This document shows, one piece after another, positions 8,730 through 17,195 of a stretch of 18,238 bases of DNA. This stretch comes from Kofleriaceae bacterium (GTDB taxonomy: Bacteria; Myxococcota_A; Polyangia; Haliangiales; Haliangiaceae), in the NCBI GenBank assembly GCA_046597055.1, contig JBKJLC010000252.1, positions 1-18,238 of the forward strand, given 5' to 3'. Position 1 is the stretch's first letter; each line of letters opens with the position of its first letter. The notes below the pieces were generated by a model. It saw only the letters and a list, made by a program, of their open reading frames with translations, searched no databases and was not told where the DNA came from. Made by a program: the position numbers and the translations under genes.

Positions 8730-9589
8730 CCTTCGACCACGTAGCGGCGCTCGAGCTCGGCGAGCTCGTCGAGCCGGGTCAGGCGGTTGAGCGCGGCGAA
8801 GTCGATCATCCGGTCGAGCTCGCCGGCGGTGGTGCCGTCGCGGCGCAGCACGCCCAGCACCTCGGCCGCCGCGTGCGCGAACCGCCGGATCAGCGTGTTG
8901 GGGTAAAGCACCAGCGCGTAGCCGAGCGCGGCCAGCTCGTCCGCGGGCACCAGCTCGGTCTTGCCGCCCTCGACCATGTTGGCAACCAGCCGCTGGCCGG
9001 GCAGCGCGGCCGCGATCGCGGCCAGCTCGGCGCGGTCGCGCGGCGCCTCGACGAACAGTAGATCCGCGCCGGCCTCGGCGTAGGCGCGGGCGCGGCCGAT
9101 GGCGGCGTCGAGCCCGAGCTCGGCGCGGGCGTCGGTGCGGGCGATGATCAAGAAGTCGCGCGACCGGCGCGCGGCCCGGGCGGCGTGCACGCGACCGACC
9201 ATCGCGGCCTCCGACACCAGCCGCTTGCCGTCGAGGTGACCGCACCGCTTGGGTGAGGCCTGGTCCTCCAGCTGGATCGCGGCCGCGCCGGCGTCCTCGA
9301 ATAGCCGGACCGTCCGCATCAGGTTCATCGCGTTGCCGTGGCCGTTGTCGCCATCGGCGATCAGCGGGATCGAGATCGCGCGCGCCGCCGACCCGACCCG
9401 CTCGGCCATCTCGGTCACGCTGACCAGGCCGACGTCGGGCTGGGCCAGCTGCGAGTAGGACACCCCGGCCCCGGACAGGTAGACCGCGTCGAACCCGGCG
9501 GTCTCGATCAGGCGCGCGGTCAGCGCGTCGTAGGCGCCGGGCGCGATCAGCGCCGCCCCGCGGTCGAGCCGTGCGCGCAGGCCGGTCAT
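8726..9589 (-). CDS. Isocitrate lyase/PEP mutase superfamily C-C lyase (2-methylisocitrate / 2,3-dimethylmalate lyase-like)
   Basis: PGAYDALTARL, YLSGAG, IADGDNGHG, EDQASPKRCGH, IIARTDA, NMVEGGKT; ATG at 9589 in TGATG overlap. Confidence 0.9.
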   Translation of the reverse strand: MTGLRARLDRGAALIAPGAYDALTARLIETAGFDAVYLSGAGVSYSQLAQPDVGLVSVTEMAERVGSAARAISIPLIADGDNGHGNAMNLMRTVRLFEDAGAAAIQLEDQASPKRCGHLDGKRLVSEAAMVGRVHAARAARRSRDFLIIARTDARAELGLDAAIGRARAYAEAGADLLFVEAPRDRAELAAIAAALPGQRLVANMVEGGKTELVPADELAALGYALVLYPNTLIRRFAHAAAEVLGVLRRDGTTAGELDRMIDFAALNRLTRLDELAELERRYVVEG

Positions 9590-10047
9590 CACGGCCCCCG
9601 GTACAGCGCGAAGGTGAGGTCGTCGAGGTTCACCGCGGCGCCGCCGACCGTCCTGGCCCCGCCGGTCTCGGCGATGTAGTCGACGTTGGGGACCGGCTGG
9701 AAGTTGCCGCCGGCGACGTCGTAGAGCACGACGTAGACGTAGTACTCGCCGGCCGGCATCACGTCGGCGGCGTGGAGCGTGTATGGCGTACCCGGCGTGA
9801 TCGGGGGCTGCTCGACGATCGCGGCCACGCCGATCGGGGGCCCCGGCGGGGGCAGTCGCTCGTACAGCCCGGCGATGATCTTCTTGGGTGTCCCCACGTA
9901 GTCGGCGGGCAGGTGCAGGGTGACGCAGATCGACGCCGGATCGGTGCAGTCGCCGGGCCGCGGCTCGGGGCCGGTGCCGGTGTCGGCGTCGGTGCACCCC
10001 ACGCACGCGGCCAGCACGATTACGACCAGCAAGCGAATCGAGATCAT
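9589..10047 (-). CDS. Hypothetical lipoprotein, probably beta-rich
   Basis: Hydrophobic signal with lipobox LAAC; GAGGAG RBS; start and stop both overlap neighbouring genes. Confidence 0.75.
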   Translation of the reverse strand: MISIRLLVVIVLAACVGCTDADTGTGPEPRPGDCTDPASICVTLHLPADYVGTPKKIIAGLYERLPPPGPPIGVAAIVEQPPITPGTPYTLHAADVMPAGEYYVYVVLYDVAGGNFQPVPNVDYIAETGGARTVGGAAVNLDDLTFALYRGP

Positions 10048-12566
10048 CGGCGTTTCTCCTCGTCAGGCGATGGGTGGTCGGCGAGCACGTAGAGCTGCAA
10101 TGGGCGGAAGATCGTGGGCTGGGCCAGCGCCGCGCCCGAGGTCACCGCGGCCAGCCGCGGCGCCGCGCCGGGCGCGCCGCCGGGCCACTCGAACAGCTGC
10201 GAGACCTGCACCGCGTTGGTGCCGAACGCGTGGCCGGTGACCATCTGCCAGCCGGCGCCATCGCGGGTGCGGAACACGTAGCCGCTCTTCTGGCGCAGCT
10301 CCGACGCCAGCTGCACGAACGCGACGTCGTGGACCCACAGATAGCCGCCGGCCACCGCCAGCCGGCCGGCGAGCTGGCTCGGGTCGCCCCAGCCCGGGCC
10401 GAGCCGCGCGCCGGCACCAACCTCGCGGTTCCAGGTGACGCCGTCGCGGCTGGAGAACAGCTCGCTGCCCTCGAAGTGCAGGGTCGCCAGCCACAGCCGG
10501 TCCCCGAAGTCGATCATCGACGACACCTGGTGGTTGCCGCTGCCCATGCCGGCCTCGTCGAGGCCGACCTCGTCGGCGTCGACCGCGTCGTCGATGCGCG
10601 CGATGAGCGTCCCGGCCGCGTCGAGCGTGAACAGACGCGCGCCATGATCCTCGGTACCGGTGCCGCCGAGGTAGAGCAGCGGCCGGCCCGACACCGACGA
10701 CGGGTACAGCGCCGAGATCGAGGTGGTGATCGGCACGCCGTCCGGGTGGCGGCCGAAGCTCGCGCGCGCGACCGCGACGTCGAACCGAACGCCGTCGGTC
10801 GACACCCGCAGCTCGGCGCCGTCCTCGTAGTCGAGGGCGGTGCCGACGTAGAGGCGGTCGTCGTACACCGCCATCGCCGCGAGACCCTTGCTCCACGGAT
10901 GGCCGAACCCGCTCTCGTCGTCGCCCTGGCGCAGGTAGACCACGTCGCCGGGCCCGAGCCGATCGCACACGGTCGACTCGACGGTGTGGGCGAGGTCGTT
11001 GGCCTGCACGGTCAGGCTGTCGGCGCTGTTGTCGAGCACCTCCCACACGATCGGATCGGCGCCGGGCTCCGCGGTGGGGCTGCCGACGTCGTCGAGCACC
11101 GCGCCGCGCAGGGCGCCCGGCGTCCAGCCGGCGTCGGCCACCCGCACGATCGCGCTCGGATCGCCGTCGTTGGCCGCGCAACCGGTGACGCCGCTCACCG
11201 TCGCCGGCGGATCCTCGTCGACCTGGCGCGAGACCACCGGCCGCCAGCGCGCGCCGTTCCACGCCCAGACCTCGGCGCCGGTCGACGCCAGCTCGCCACC
11301 CTGAGCGCCCGACGACACGCCGACGTAGAGCTCGTCACGGAACACGACCATCGCGCCCAGCAGGCCGTCGAGCCGCGGGTTGCCGTGGAAGGCGGCCGGG
11401 CCCCCAGCGGCATCGGGGCTCACCACCGGCGTGAACGTGCCGGCCGGGTCGAGCCGCAGGACCCGGGCGCCGGTGACCGCGTCGCGCACGAGCAGGTACC
11501 GATCGCCGCGCCACGCTGCGCTGGCCACCACGTCGGCGGTGGTCGGGGTCTCGGTCAGCGCCGAGCCACCCAGCCGTTGCCGGATCACCCGCGGCAGCCC
11601 GGGATCGAGCAGCGTCAGCCGGGCCAGCCGGGTATCGGCGGTCACCGCCGGGTCGTCCGCCGCTCCCAGGTCATCCGCGATCGCCGCGTCTCCGGCGAGG
11701 TAGCGGGCCGCGAACGCGACCAGGTATCTCGCCGCGGTCGCCCGCGCCGCGCGGTTGCCGATGGTCGGGTCGCTGTCGTCGTCGAGCCGCAGGTCCGCGC
11801 GCACGTCGACGTAGTCGGTGAGCTGGTAGTGGTTGCCGCCCTCGATCTGGATCGCGTGCAGCGGGCGGTCCTCGATCCGATCGACCGTGATCGCGACCTT
11901 GTCCGGCGTGGCCAGCCCGTCGCGCGAGCCCGACATCAGCAACCAGGGAACCTCGGCGGCGGCCATCGGCGCGCGGTCGGTGTCGCGGGCCTGGTTGTGA
12001 TAGCCGAGCAGGATCAAGCCACGTAGCGCGGCCGGCGTGGTGTCGGTCGGGGCGCAGATGCCCGGCGGGCACGCGGCGACGTCGACCAGCCCGACCTGCG
12101 CGACCCCGCCGGCCGAGTGGCCCGCCAGCACCACCCGCGACAGATCGAGGTGCGCGCGCACGTCCGCCAGCCCGGGATCGGCGGCCAGCGCGTCGAGCGT
12201 GCCGAGCGTGTGTTCGCTGGCGCCGAACGCGCCGTGGGGCTGCACGACGAAGGTCGCGATGCCGTGGCTGGCCAGGGTCGCGCCCATCCAGCGGTACCGC
12301 TCCTTCACCACCAGCGCGCCCGGGAGCATGACGACCACCGGCGCGGCCGCGACGTCCGGCAGGTAACCGTCGACCGCAATCGTGCGACCGCCGCGGGTCC
12401 AGCTCAGCGCCGCCTCTCTATAGAGGACGTCGCCGAGCGGCAGATACGACAGGTCGGGATCGGGCGCGGTGTCGTACCAGGGCCCGTCGGCGCTGCACGC
12501 GATCAGCCCGCCCAGCGCGAGGGCCAGCGCCGCGAGTCCGGTCGGTCGTGGGCGACGAGAGGACAT
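10044..12566 (-). CDS. Lipoprotein: N-terminal alpha/beta serine hydrolase fused to C-terminal Asp-box beta-propeller
   Basis: ATG 12566 gives MSSRRPRPTGLAALALALGGLIAC (lipobox). GHSAGG nucleophile elbow, GSRDGL (Asp), GGNHYQ (His). Repeated blades such as MVVFRDELYVG, MAVYDDRLYVG, MIDFGDRLWLA with STDGVRF/SRDGVTW/TRDGAGW. Confidence 0.8.
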   Translation of the reverse strand: MSSRRPRPTGLAALALALGGLIACSADGPWYDTAPDPDLSYLPLGDVLYREAALSWTRGGRTIAVDGYLPDVAAAPVVVMLPGALVVKERYRWMGATLASHGIATFVVQPHGAFGASEHTLGTLDALAADPGLADVRAHLDLSRVVLAGHSAGGVAQVGLVDVAACPPGICAPTDTTPAALRGLILLGYHNQARDTDRAPMAAAEVPWLLMSGSRDGLATPDKVAITVDRIEDRPLHAIQIEGGNHYQLTDYVDVRADLRLDDDSDPTIGNRAARATAARYLVAFAARYLAGDAAIADDLGAADDPAVTADTRLARLTLLDPGLPRVIRQRLGGSALTETPTTADVVASAAWRGDRYLLVRDAVTGARVLRLDPAGTFTPVVSPDAAGGPAAFHGNPRLDGLLGAMVVFRDELYVGVSSGAQGGELASTGAEVWAWNGARWRPVVSRQVDEDPPATVSGVTGCAANDGDPSAIVRVADAGWTPGALRGAVLDDVGSPTAEPGADPIVWEVLDNSADSLTVQANDLAHTVESTVCDRLGPGDVVYLRQGDDESGFGHPWSKGLAAMAVYDDRLYVGTALDYEDGAELRVSTDGVRFDVAVARASFGRHPDGVPITTSISALYPSSVSGRPLLYLGGTGTEDHGARLFTLDAAGTLIARIDDAVDADEVGLDEAGMGSGNHQVSSMIDFGDRLWLATLHFEGSELFSSRDGVTWNREVGAGARLGPGWGDPSQLAGRLAVAGGYLWVHDVAFVQLASELRQKSGYVFRTRDGAGWQMVTGHAFGTNAVQVSQLFEWPGGAPGAAPRLAAVTSGAALAQPTIFRPLQLYVLADHPSPDEEKRR

Positions 12567-12568
12567 GC

Positions 12569-12608
12569 TTGACCGAAATGTCGTAACATTATAACTAATG
12601 AGCGTCAA
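12569..12608. promoter_or_regulatory. Divergent promoter region with candidate GntR operator
   Basis: AT-rich island with facing -35-like hexamers TTGACC (+, 12569-74) and TTGACG (-, 12608-03) around overlapping palindromes AATGT-CGTA-ACATT (12577-90) and CATTA-TAAC-TAATG (12587-600). Confidence 0.6.
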
Positions 12609-12727
12609 GACTCGCCTCCCCAAACGTCCACCCGTAATCCCGTGTATTTGGACGACTTCTTCAGCAAGTGAGAAGTACGACTTCTCGCTCCTAACACGGC
12701 TCACTGTCTCGAAGGAAGCAGAACCAC

Positions 12728-13225
12728 ATGTCGCCCTCCTACATCCGGTACCGCCTCGTGACCCTCGCCGCGCTGTTCGCCTGCGCCACCTGTGGCCAGA
12801 GCGACGATCAAGCGCCGCCCGCCGCTGACGCCGCCAGCGCCGACGCCGTCAGCGCCGACGCGACGATCGATGCGTCGACTGCGACCGACGCGGCCGCCGC
12901 ATCCCCGACCCAGATCAACTGCGGCACGGCCAGCCCGTGCGAGCGCTCCAGTCAGGTGTGCTGCTTCACCGGCCCGCCGACGATCACCACCCGGTGCACC
13001 GCCACCGCGCAGTGCACCGATCTCCCCGGCCGCTGCGACGGCCCCGAGGACTGCGCCGCCGGCGAGATCTGCTGCGGCACCCAGGAGGGCGCCGACTGCC
13101 GTGCCGCGAGCGCGTGCACCGGCGTCACCGCGGCCCAGCTCTGTCACACGGCGCAGGACTGCGCGTCCGGCCAGATCTGCCGCACGTCGCAGTTCGTCGC
13201 CTGGCCGATCTGTGCCCGCAGCTGA
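12728..13225 (+). CDS. Cysteine-rich lipoprotein, hypothetical
   Basis: GAAGGA upstream; signal peptide ending LFAC; Asp/Ala-rich linker, then a Cys-rich domain (CDGPEDC...GEICC). Confidence 0.75.
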   Translation: MSPSYIRYRLVTLAALFACATCGQSDDQAPPAADAASADAVSADATIDASTATDAAAASPTQINCGTASPCERSSQVCCFTGPPTITTRCTATAQCTDLPGRCDGPEDCAAGEICCGTQEGADCRAASACTGVTAAQLCHTAQDCASGQICRTSQFVAWPICARS

Positions 13226-13248
13226 CGCCGCGTACCATGCACGGATTC

Positions 13249-14004
13249 ATGGCGGCTTCGATCGCGCGCGGCTCGCCGCTCCCGCTCTATCACCAGCTCA
13301 AGCAGCTGCTCCTCGATCAGATCGAGCGCGGCGCCTGGAAGGCCGGCGACCTCATCCCCGGCGAGCAGGAGCTGCAGGACGAGCACGGCCTGTCTCGGAC
13401 CACCGTCCGCCAGGCCCTGCGCGAGCTCGAGGTCGAGGGTCGGATCAGCCGCCACCGCGGGCGCGGCACGTTCGTGTCCCCGCCGAAGCTGACCCACTCC
13501 GTCGAGCCGCGGGTCAGCTTGTCCGCGTCGCTGCGGGCGCGCGGCATGGAGCCGGGCTGGCAGGTGCTGACCGTCGCGCACGTCGCGCCGCCGGGCGACG
13601 TCGGCGATCGGCTCGAGATCCCGCGCGGCAGCAAGGTGCTGCGGGTCCGGCGCCTGCGGCTGGCCGAGCGCGAACCCATCGGCCTGCACGTCGCCCACAT
13701 CGCGCCCGCCTTCGAACGCCTGGTCGATCGCGACGCGCTGACCACCGGCGGCTCGCTCGACTACCTCCGCCCTGACCCCGCGCTCGACCGCAACCACGCC
13801 GAGCGCGTCCTCGAGGCGATCGGTTGCCCACGCGCCGAGGCGGAGCTACTCGATCTCGTCGAGGGCGCGCCCATGCTACGCATCCGCCGCCTGATCATCA
13901 CCGCCGGCGGCAAGCCGATCGAGGACCTGTCCGCGATCTACCGCGGCGACCGCTTCCAGTACCACCTGTCCAGCTCGTCGGCTCGCGACAGCGGCGCGCC
14001 CTGA
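13249..14004 (+). CDS. GntR-family transcriptional regulator, HutC subfamily (wHTH + UTRA)
   Basis: PLYHQLK, IPGEQEL, SRTTVRQAL, RGRGTFV; UTRA-type RLRLAEREPI and YRGDRFQY. Alternative start at 13237. Confidence 0.93.
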   Translation: MAASIARGSPLPLYHQLKQLLLDQIERGAWKAGDLIPGEQELQDEHGLSRTTVRQALRELEVEGRISRHRGRGTFVSPPKLTHSVEPRVSLSASLRARGMEPGWQVLTVAHVAPPGDVGDRLEIPRGSKVLRVRRLRLAEREPIGLHVAHIAPAFERLVDRDALTTGGSLDYLRPDPALDRNHAERVLEAIGCPRAEAELLDLVEGAPMLRIRRLIITAGGKPIEDLSAIYRGDRFQYHLSSSSARDSGAP

Positions 14005-14097
14005 GTCACCGCAGTGACCGTCCTCCTCCTCCTGAAGGGTTGCCAGACGACGAGTGAACCTCCTCGGCGGCGCCACCGCCGCAGCGACTGACCTGGA

Positions 14098-15243
14098 TCA
14101 GAGATTCTCGAGGCACGCCACGATCGCGGCAGCGTGGGGGCGCGGCCACCGCGCGGCGAAGTGCCGAGCATGGCCGAGGGCGGTGCCGTCATACCGCGGG
14201 TCGCGGATGTCGAGTGCTGCCCCCCGCGCAACCAGCTCGCGCACGACGCCGAGGTGTCCGTTGCGCGCGGCATGATGGAGGGGCGTGAGGCCGGCCGGGT
14301 CGCGCCCATCGATCGGCAGCCCGAGGGCGAGGCCCAGCTCGAGCGCGTCGAGCCGGCCGTGACGCGCGGCCGCGAGCAGGGCGCCGGGCTCCGCCCTGGC
14401 CGAGGGTGACGCCACGAGGATGCGGTGCGCCTCGGCCTCGTTCATCGCCAGGACGGCGACGCGAAGGCGCTCGTGCTCACGCAGCGCGGGCGAGCGTGCC
14501 CCCGCGGCGATGAGCAGCCCCGCGATCTCCGTGTGACCCTCGAGCACCGCGTTCTCGACGTGCGTGCGCCCGTTGTATCGGTTGCGTCCGTCCGCGCCGG
14601 CGCCGTGTGCCAGCAGCAGCCGCACGCGCTCGACGAACCCCTGCACGGCGGCCTGGCCGAGCAGGAAGTCGAGCTCGGGCGCCGACGACAGTCCGCGCCC
14701 GAGCAGCAGCTCGAGCCAGGCGTTGCTCGGGAGGAAGTGCGTGTTGTAGATGCCCTGCGCGTCGTTCGGGTCAGCACCGGCGTCGAGCAGACGCTCGGCC
14801 ATCGCGCGGGCATCGGGATGCGGTGACTGTTCGAGCGGGCCGGCCTCGCCCTCGCCCATCGCCCCGGTCAACGCGGTGAAGCGGCTGTCGCCGAGCATCA
14901 CGTACGCGTTGGGATCGGCGCTGCGTGCGAGCAGCAGGTCGAGGCAAGCGAGTGCGTCCTGTGACTCGACGCGGCTGTAGCAGAGCGCCAGCAACGGCGC
15001 CCAACCGCGCGACCCATCCGGCCGCTCGACGCATCCCGCATCGCGATCGAGGTGCAGGCGCAGGGCCTCGACATCGCCGGCTGCCGCCGCGGCGTGAACA
15101 CTGGCGTCGACCAGGCACGGCGTCGCGGCCAGCAGCAAGCTCGCCTCCAGCCGGCGCGCGCGCGCCTCGTCGTCGCGGTAGGTCAGGCACGCGAGATCGA
15201 CGAAGCGGTCTGCCGCGTCACGCACGGCGGTGGGGAGCTGCAT
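14098..15243 (-). CDS. Ankyrin-repeat protein
   Basis: Ankyrin motifs VHAAAAAGD, LLARSADPN, LLDAGADPND, GLTPLHHAARNGHLGVVRELVARGA, DGTALGHA. Start uncertain (15243 preferred over 15321). Confidence 0.85.
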   Translation of the reverse strand: MQLPTAVRDAADRFVDLACLTYRDDEARARRLEASLLLAATPCLVDASVHAAAAAGDVEALRLHLDRDAGCVERPDGSRGWAPLLALCYSRVESQDALACLDLLLARSADPNAYVMLGDSRFTALTGAMGEGEAGPLEQSPHPDARAMAERLLDAGADPNDAQGIYNTHFLPSNAWLELLLGRGLSSAPELDFLLGQAAVQGFVERVRLLLAHGAGADGRNRYNGRTHVENAVLEGHTEIAGLLIAAGARSPALREHERLRVAVLAMNEAEAHRILVASPSARAEPGALLAAARHGRLDALELGLALGLPIDGRDPAGLTPLHHAARNGHLGVVRELVARGAALDIRDPRYDGTALGHARHFAARWPRPHAAAIVACLENL

Positions 15244-15836
15244 CGGGTCCCATGCTACGCCGATCGCGCAGCACCAGCCTCTCTCCCACGCGCGGGCCTC
15301 TGTGCCCGAGCGCGCGTGCAACCGTGGCCGATCGGCGTTGTCCCTCGCCCGCCGCGCCGTCGCCGCTGGTCAAGGCGGGTCGTCGTCGATCGCGTCGGCG
15401 CCGGCGGCGAGCGCGAGGCCGACTGCAGCGGCGAAGACGAACACGATGGCGCCGACGACGACCGCGACCTTGGCGACGCCCCCGAGCTCGCCGTCGTCGA
15501 CGCAGGCGGCCGCCGGTGGTCGCTCGTCGTCACCGCACGCGCTCCTGGAACGGGTCGCGCCGAGCAGGACTCGAGGCATCCCATGTACGCGGTGTGGCGC
15601 GACAGACCGGAGCGGGAGGGGAACTCGTCCATCGATAGCATCCGCTCGACGACCTCGGCGTTCCCGGTGCGGTCGTGCATCATGGTGCCGGTCATAGGAA
15701 GGATGGCGTACCGATCGTGCTGGAGGACCCAGCCGCCACAGGGGCGGCGACGCCATCGTTGTGGATCTCGGACGAGAATCAGCGATCTGGCGAGCCGGTC
15801 GTTGGCGACCTCCGCGCCCGCGCTACGCTCCCCACG

Positions 15837-16079
15837 ATGTCCGGCTATGAGCGTGCTCCGCTGGTGGAGGCCCTCTGCGAATTCCAGTTCGCGAGCGCGC
15901 CGGACAGCGCGTGGGACTGGACGCTGCCCGGACAGTTCTACGAGCGCGTCAAGGACCGCTTCCCAGGTCGAGCCGAGGCGCGCCGCCTTGATCTCGCCGT
16001 CGGTCCGACCTTGGCGGCGCGCACCCACGATCGAATCCAGTTTCGCCGACCCGAGGGTGACGGTGCGCGTGCAAGTCGA
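15837..16079 (+). pseudogene. TIGR04255-family protein, 5' fragment interrupted by IS21-like sequence
   Basis: MSGYERAPLVEALCEFQF...WDWTLPGQFYERVKDRFP resembles the TIGR04255 N-terminus (recognised from memory). Similarity appears to shift frame (VQV) and stop near 16079. Confidence 0.65.
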
Positions 16080-16330
16080 TGGTCACCGACCGCCAAGTCC
16101 GCGTTCTAAGGAGCAAAAGGATGCGAGGACAGACATTGGAAGCCGCGGCCGCCGCCGCGGGCATGAGCGAGCGCTCGGCGAGGACCTGGCAGGAAGGACC
16201 GATGCCCTCCGCGACGGAACAGACCCGGACCTGGAGGACCCGGACGGATCCATTCGCGGCAGTGTGGGCGACTGAGATCGAGCCGTTCCTGCGCAGCGAC
16301 GAGGACGGCGAGCTGCTGGCAACGACGTTG
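16079..16330 (+). mobile_element. istA: IS21-family transposase IstA, N-terminal fragment
   Basis: MVTDRQVR...[15 protein letters not shown]...PS...[14 protein letters not shown]...ATTL is the HTH N-terminus of an IstA subgroup. No DDE domain or istB follows. Confidence 0.75.
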
Positions 16331-17117
16331 GGTGTGGATCGTCTGGAGCTCCGAAAAAACCGATCGATTTCGGCAGGTTGTTCGCGGCGGAAGTTTCCGG
16401 ATCGATCGCGAGCGGCCAGCGTGCGGGGCCTGATGCCCACCGCCCGCACCGCGAGGATCGCCAACGACAGCCCGTTCTGCGAGTCTCGGCAGCGCGCTGC
16501 ACGCAAGCTCGGCGTCGAGGTCACCATCGTCCTCGACATCGTCCACGTGCTCGAGTACGTGTGGCGCGCCGCGCATGCGTTCCACGCGGCGGGCACCGAG
16601 GACGCCGAGACCTGGGTTCGCCACCGCTTGCTCGCGCTCCTCAGCGGTCGCAGCGGTGGCGCCGTCGCCAAGAGCCTGCGCCTGATGATCGCGAGCCACG
16701 GCCTCGACAAGAAGGCTGCCGCGCCGGTAGTGCGTTGTGCCAACTACCTGGTCAAGAACACGCGGTGGTTGCACTACGACCGCGCGCTCGCCGACGGCCT
16801 GCCGATCGCGACCGGGGTGATCGAGGGCGCGTGCCGCTACCTGGTGCAGGACCGCATGGGCCGAACCGGCGCCCGCTGGTCCCTCGCCGGCGCCGAGGCG
16901 ATCCTGCGATTGCGCGCGCTCAAGACCAGCGGCGACTTCGACGACTACTGGCAGTTCCACCTCGCGAAGGAGCACGAGCGCACGCATCGTTCACGCTACG
17001 CCGCCGGCGCGGTCCCCAACCCGCTGCCGCCACCGCGACCGACGGCGCGACCGACGCTCAGGCTGGTCAAGTGATCGAAACTTCTCCCGTCGAGCGCCGT
17101 TCCAATGGAGCCGCACC
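16331..17117 (+). mobile_element. ISKra4-family element, internally deleted (both ends plus transposase C-terminal part)
   Basis: [16 protein letters not shown]...[28 protein letters not shown]...[17 protein letters not shown] (stop 17074). Imperfect terminal inverted repeats GGTGTGGATCGTCTGGAGCT (16331) and reverse complement GGTGCGGCTCCATTGGAACG (ending 17117), 13/20 identical. Confidence 0.75.
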
Positions 17118-17157
17118 GAAGCCGCTTCGCGGCTCGCGCTCAATTCAGGCGTTAGGC
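17116..17157 (+). other. Integron attC site, right part (central hairpin, L' and R' core GTTAGGC)
   Basis: CCGAAGCCGCTTCGCGGCTCGCGCTCAATTCAGGCGTTAGGC: hairpin GCCGC-TTC-GCGGC, L' GCTCAAT, 6-nt spacer, GTTRRRY core. Resembles the short Xanthomonas-type attC. Confidence 0.8.
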
Positions 17158-17195
17158 GGCGCGCTCACTCTCGTTCACATATTGGAGATACAAAC

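Noticed and set aside
8726..9589. PEP mutase / phosphonate biosynthesis interpretation
   Set aside because: The active-site loop is KRCGH (lyase type), not the EDKxxxxxNS motif of PEP mutase.
19..12572. Long plus-strand ORFs (e.g. 678-3275, 1627-3384, 3766-5142, 10074-12026) and alternate-frame minus ORFs
   Set aside because: Shadow frames of high-GC coding sequence: Arg/Ala/Gly/Pro-rich, no motifs, and overlapping well-supported genes.
2787..12704. N-terminal extensions in the ORF track (starts 3371, 4042, 5064, 6086, 7596, 9245, 10006, 12704)
   Set aside because: They run through upstream genes or the promoter; family motifs begin right after the overlap starts.
14005..14018. Hairpin GTCAC-CGCA-GTGAC after gntR as a terminator
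   Set aside because: Only a 5-bp stem with no U-tract on either strand.
15370..15756. Small minus-strand ORF with a hydrophobic segment (VAKVAVVVGAIVFVFAAAVGLALAAG)
   Set aside because: It may be a real small membrane protein or a fragment, but has no clear start, RBS or family motif.
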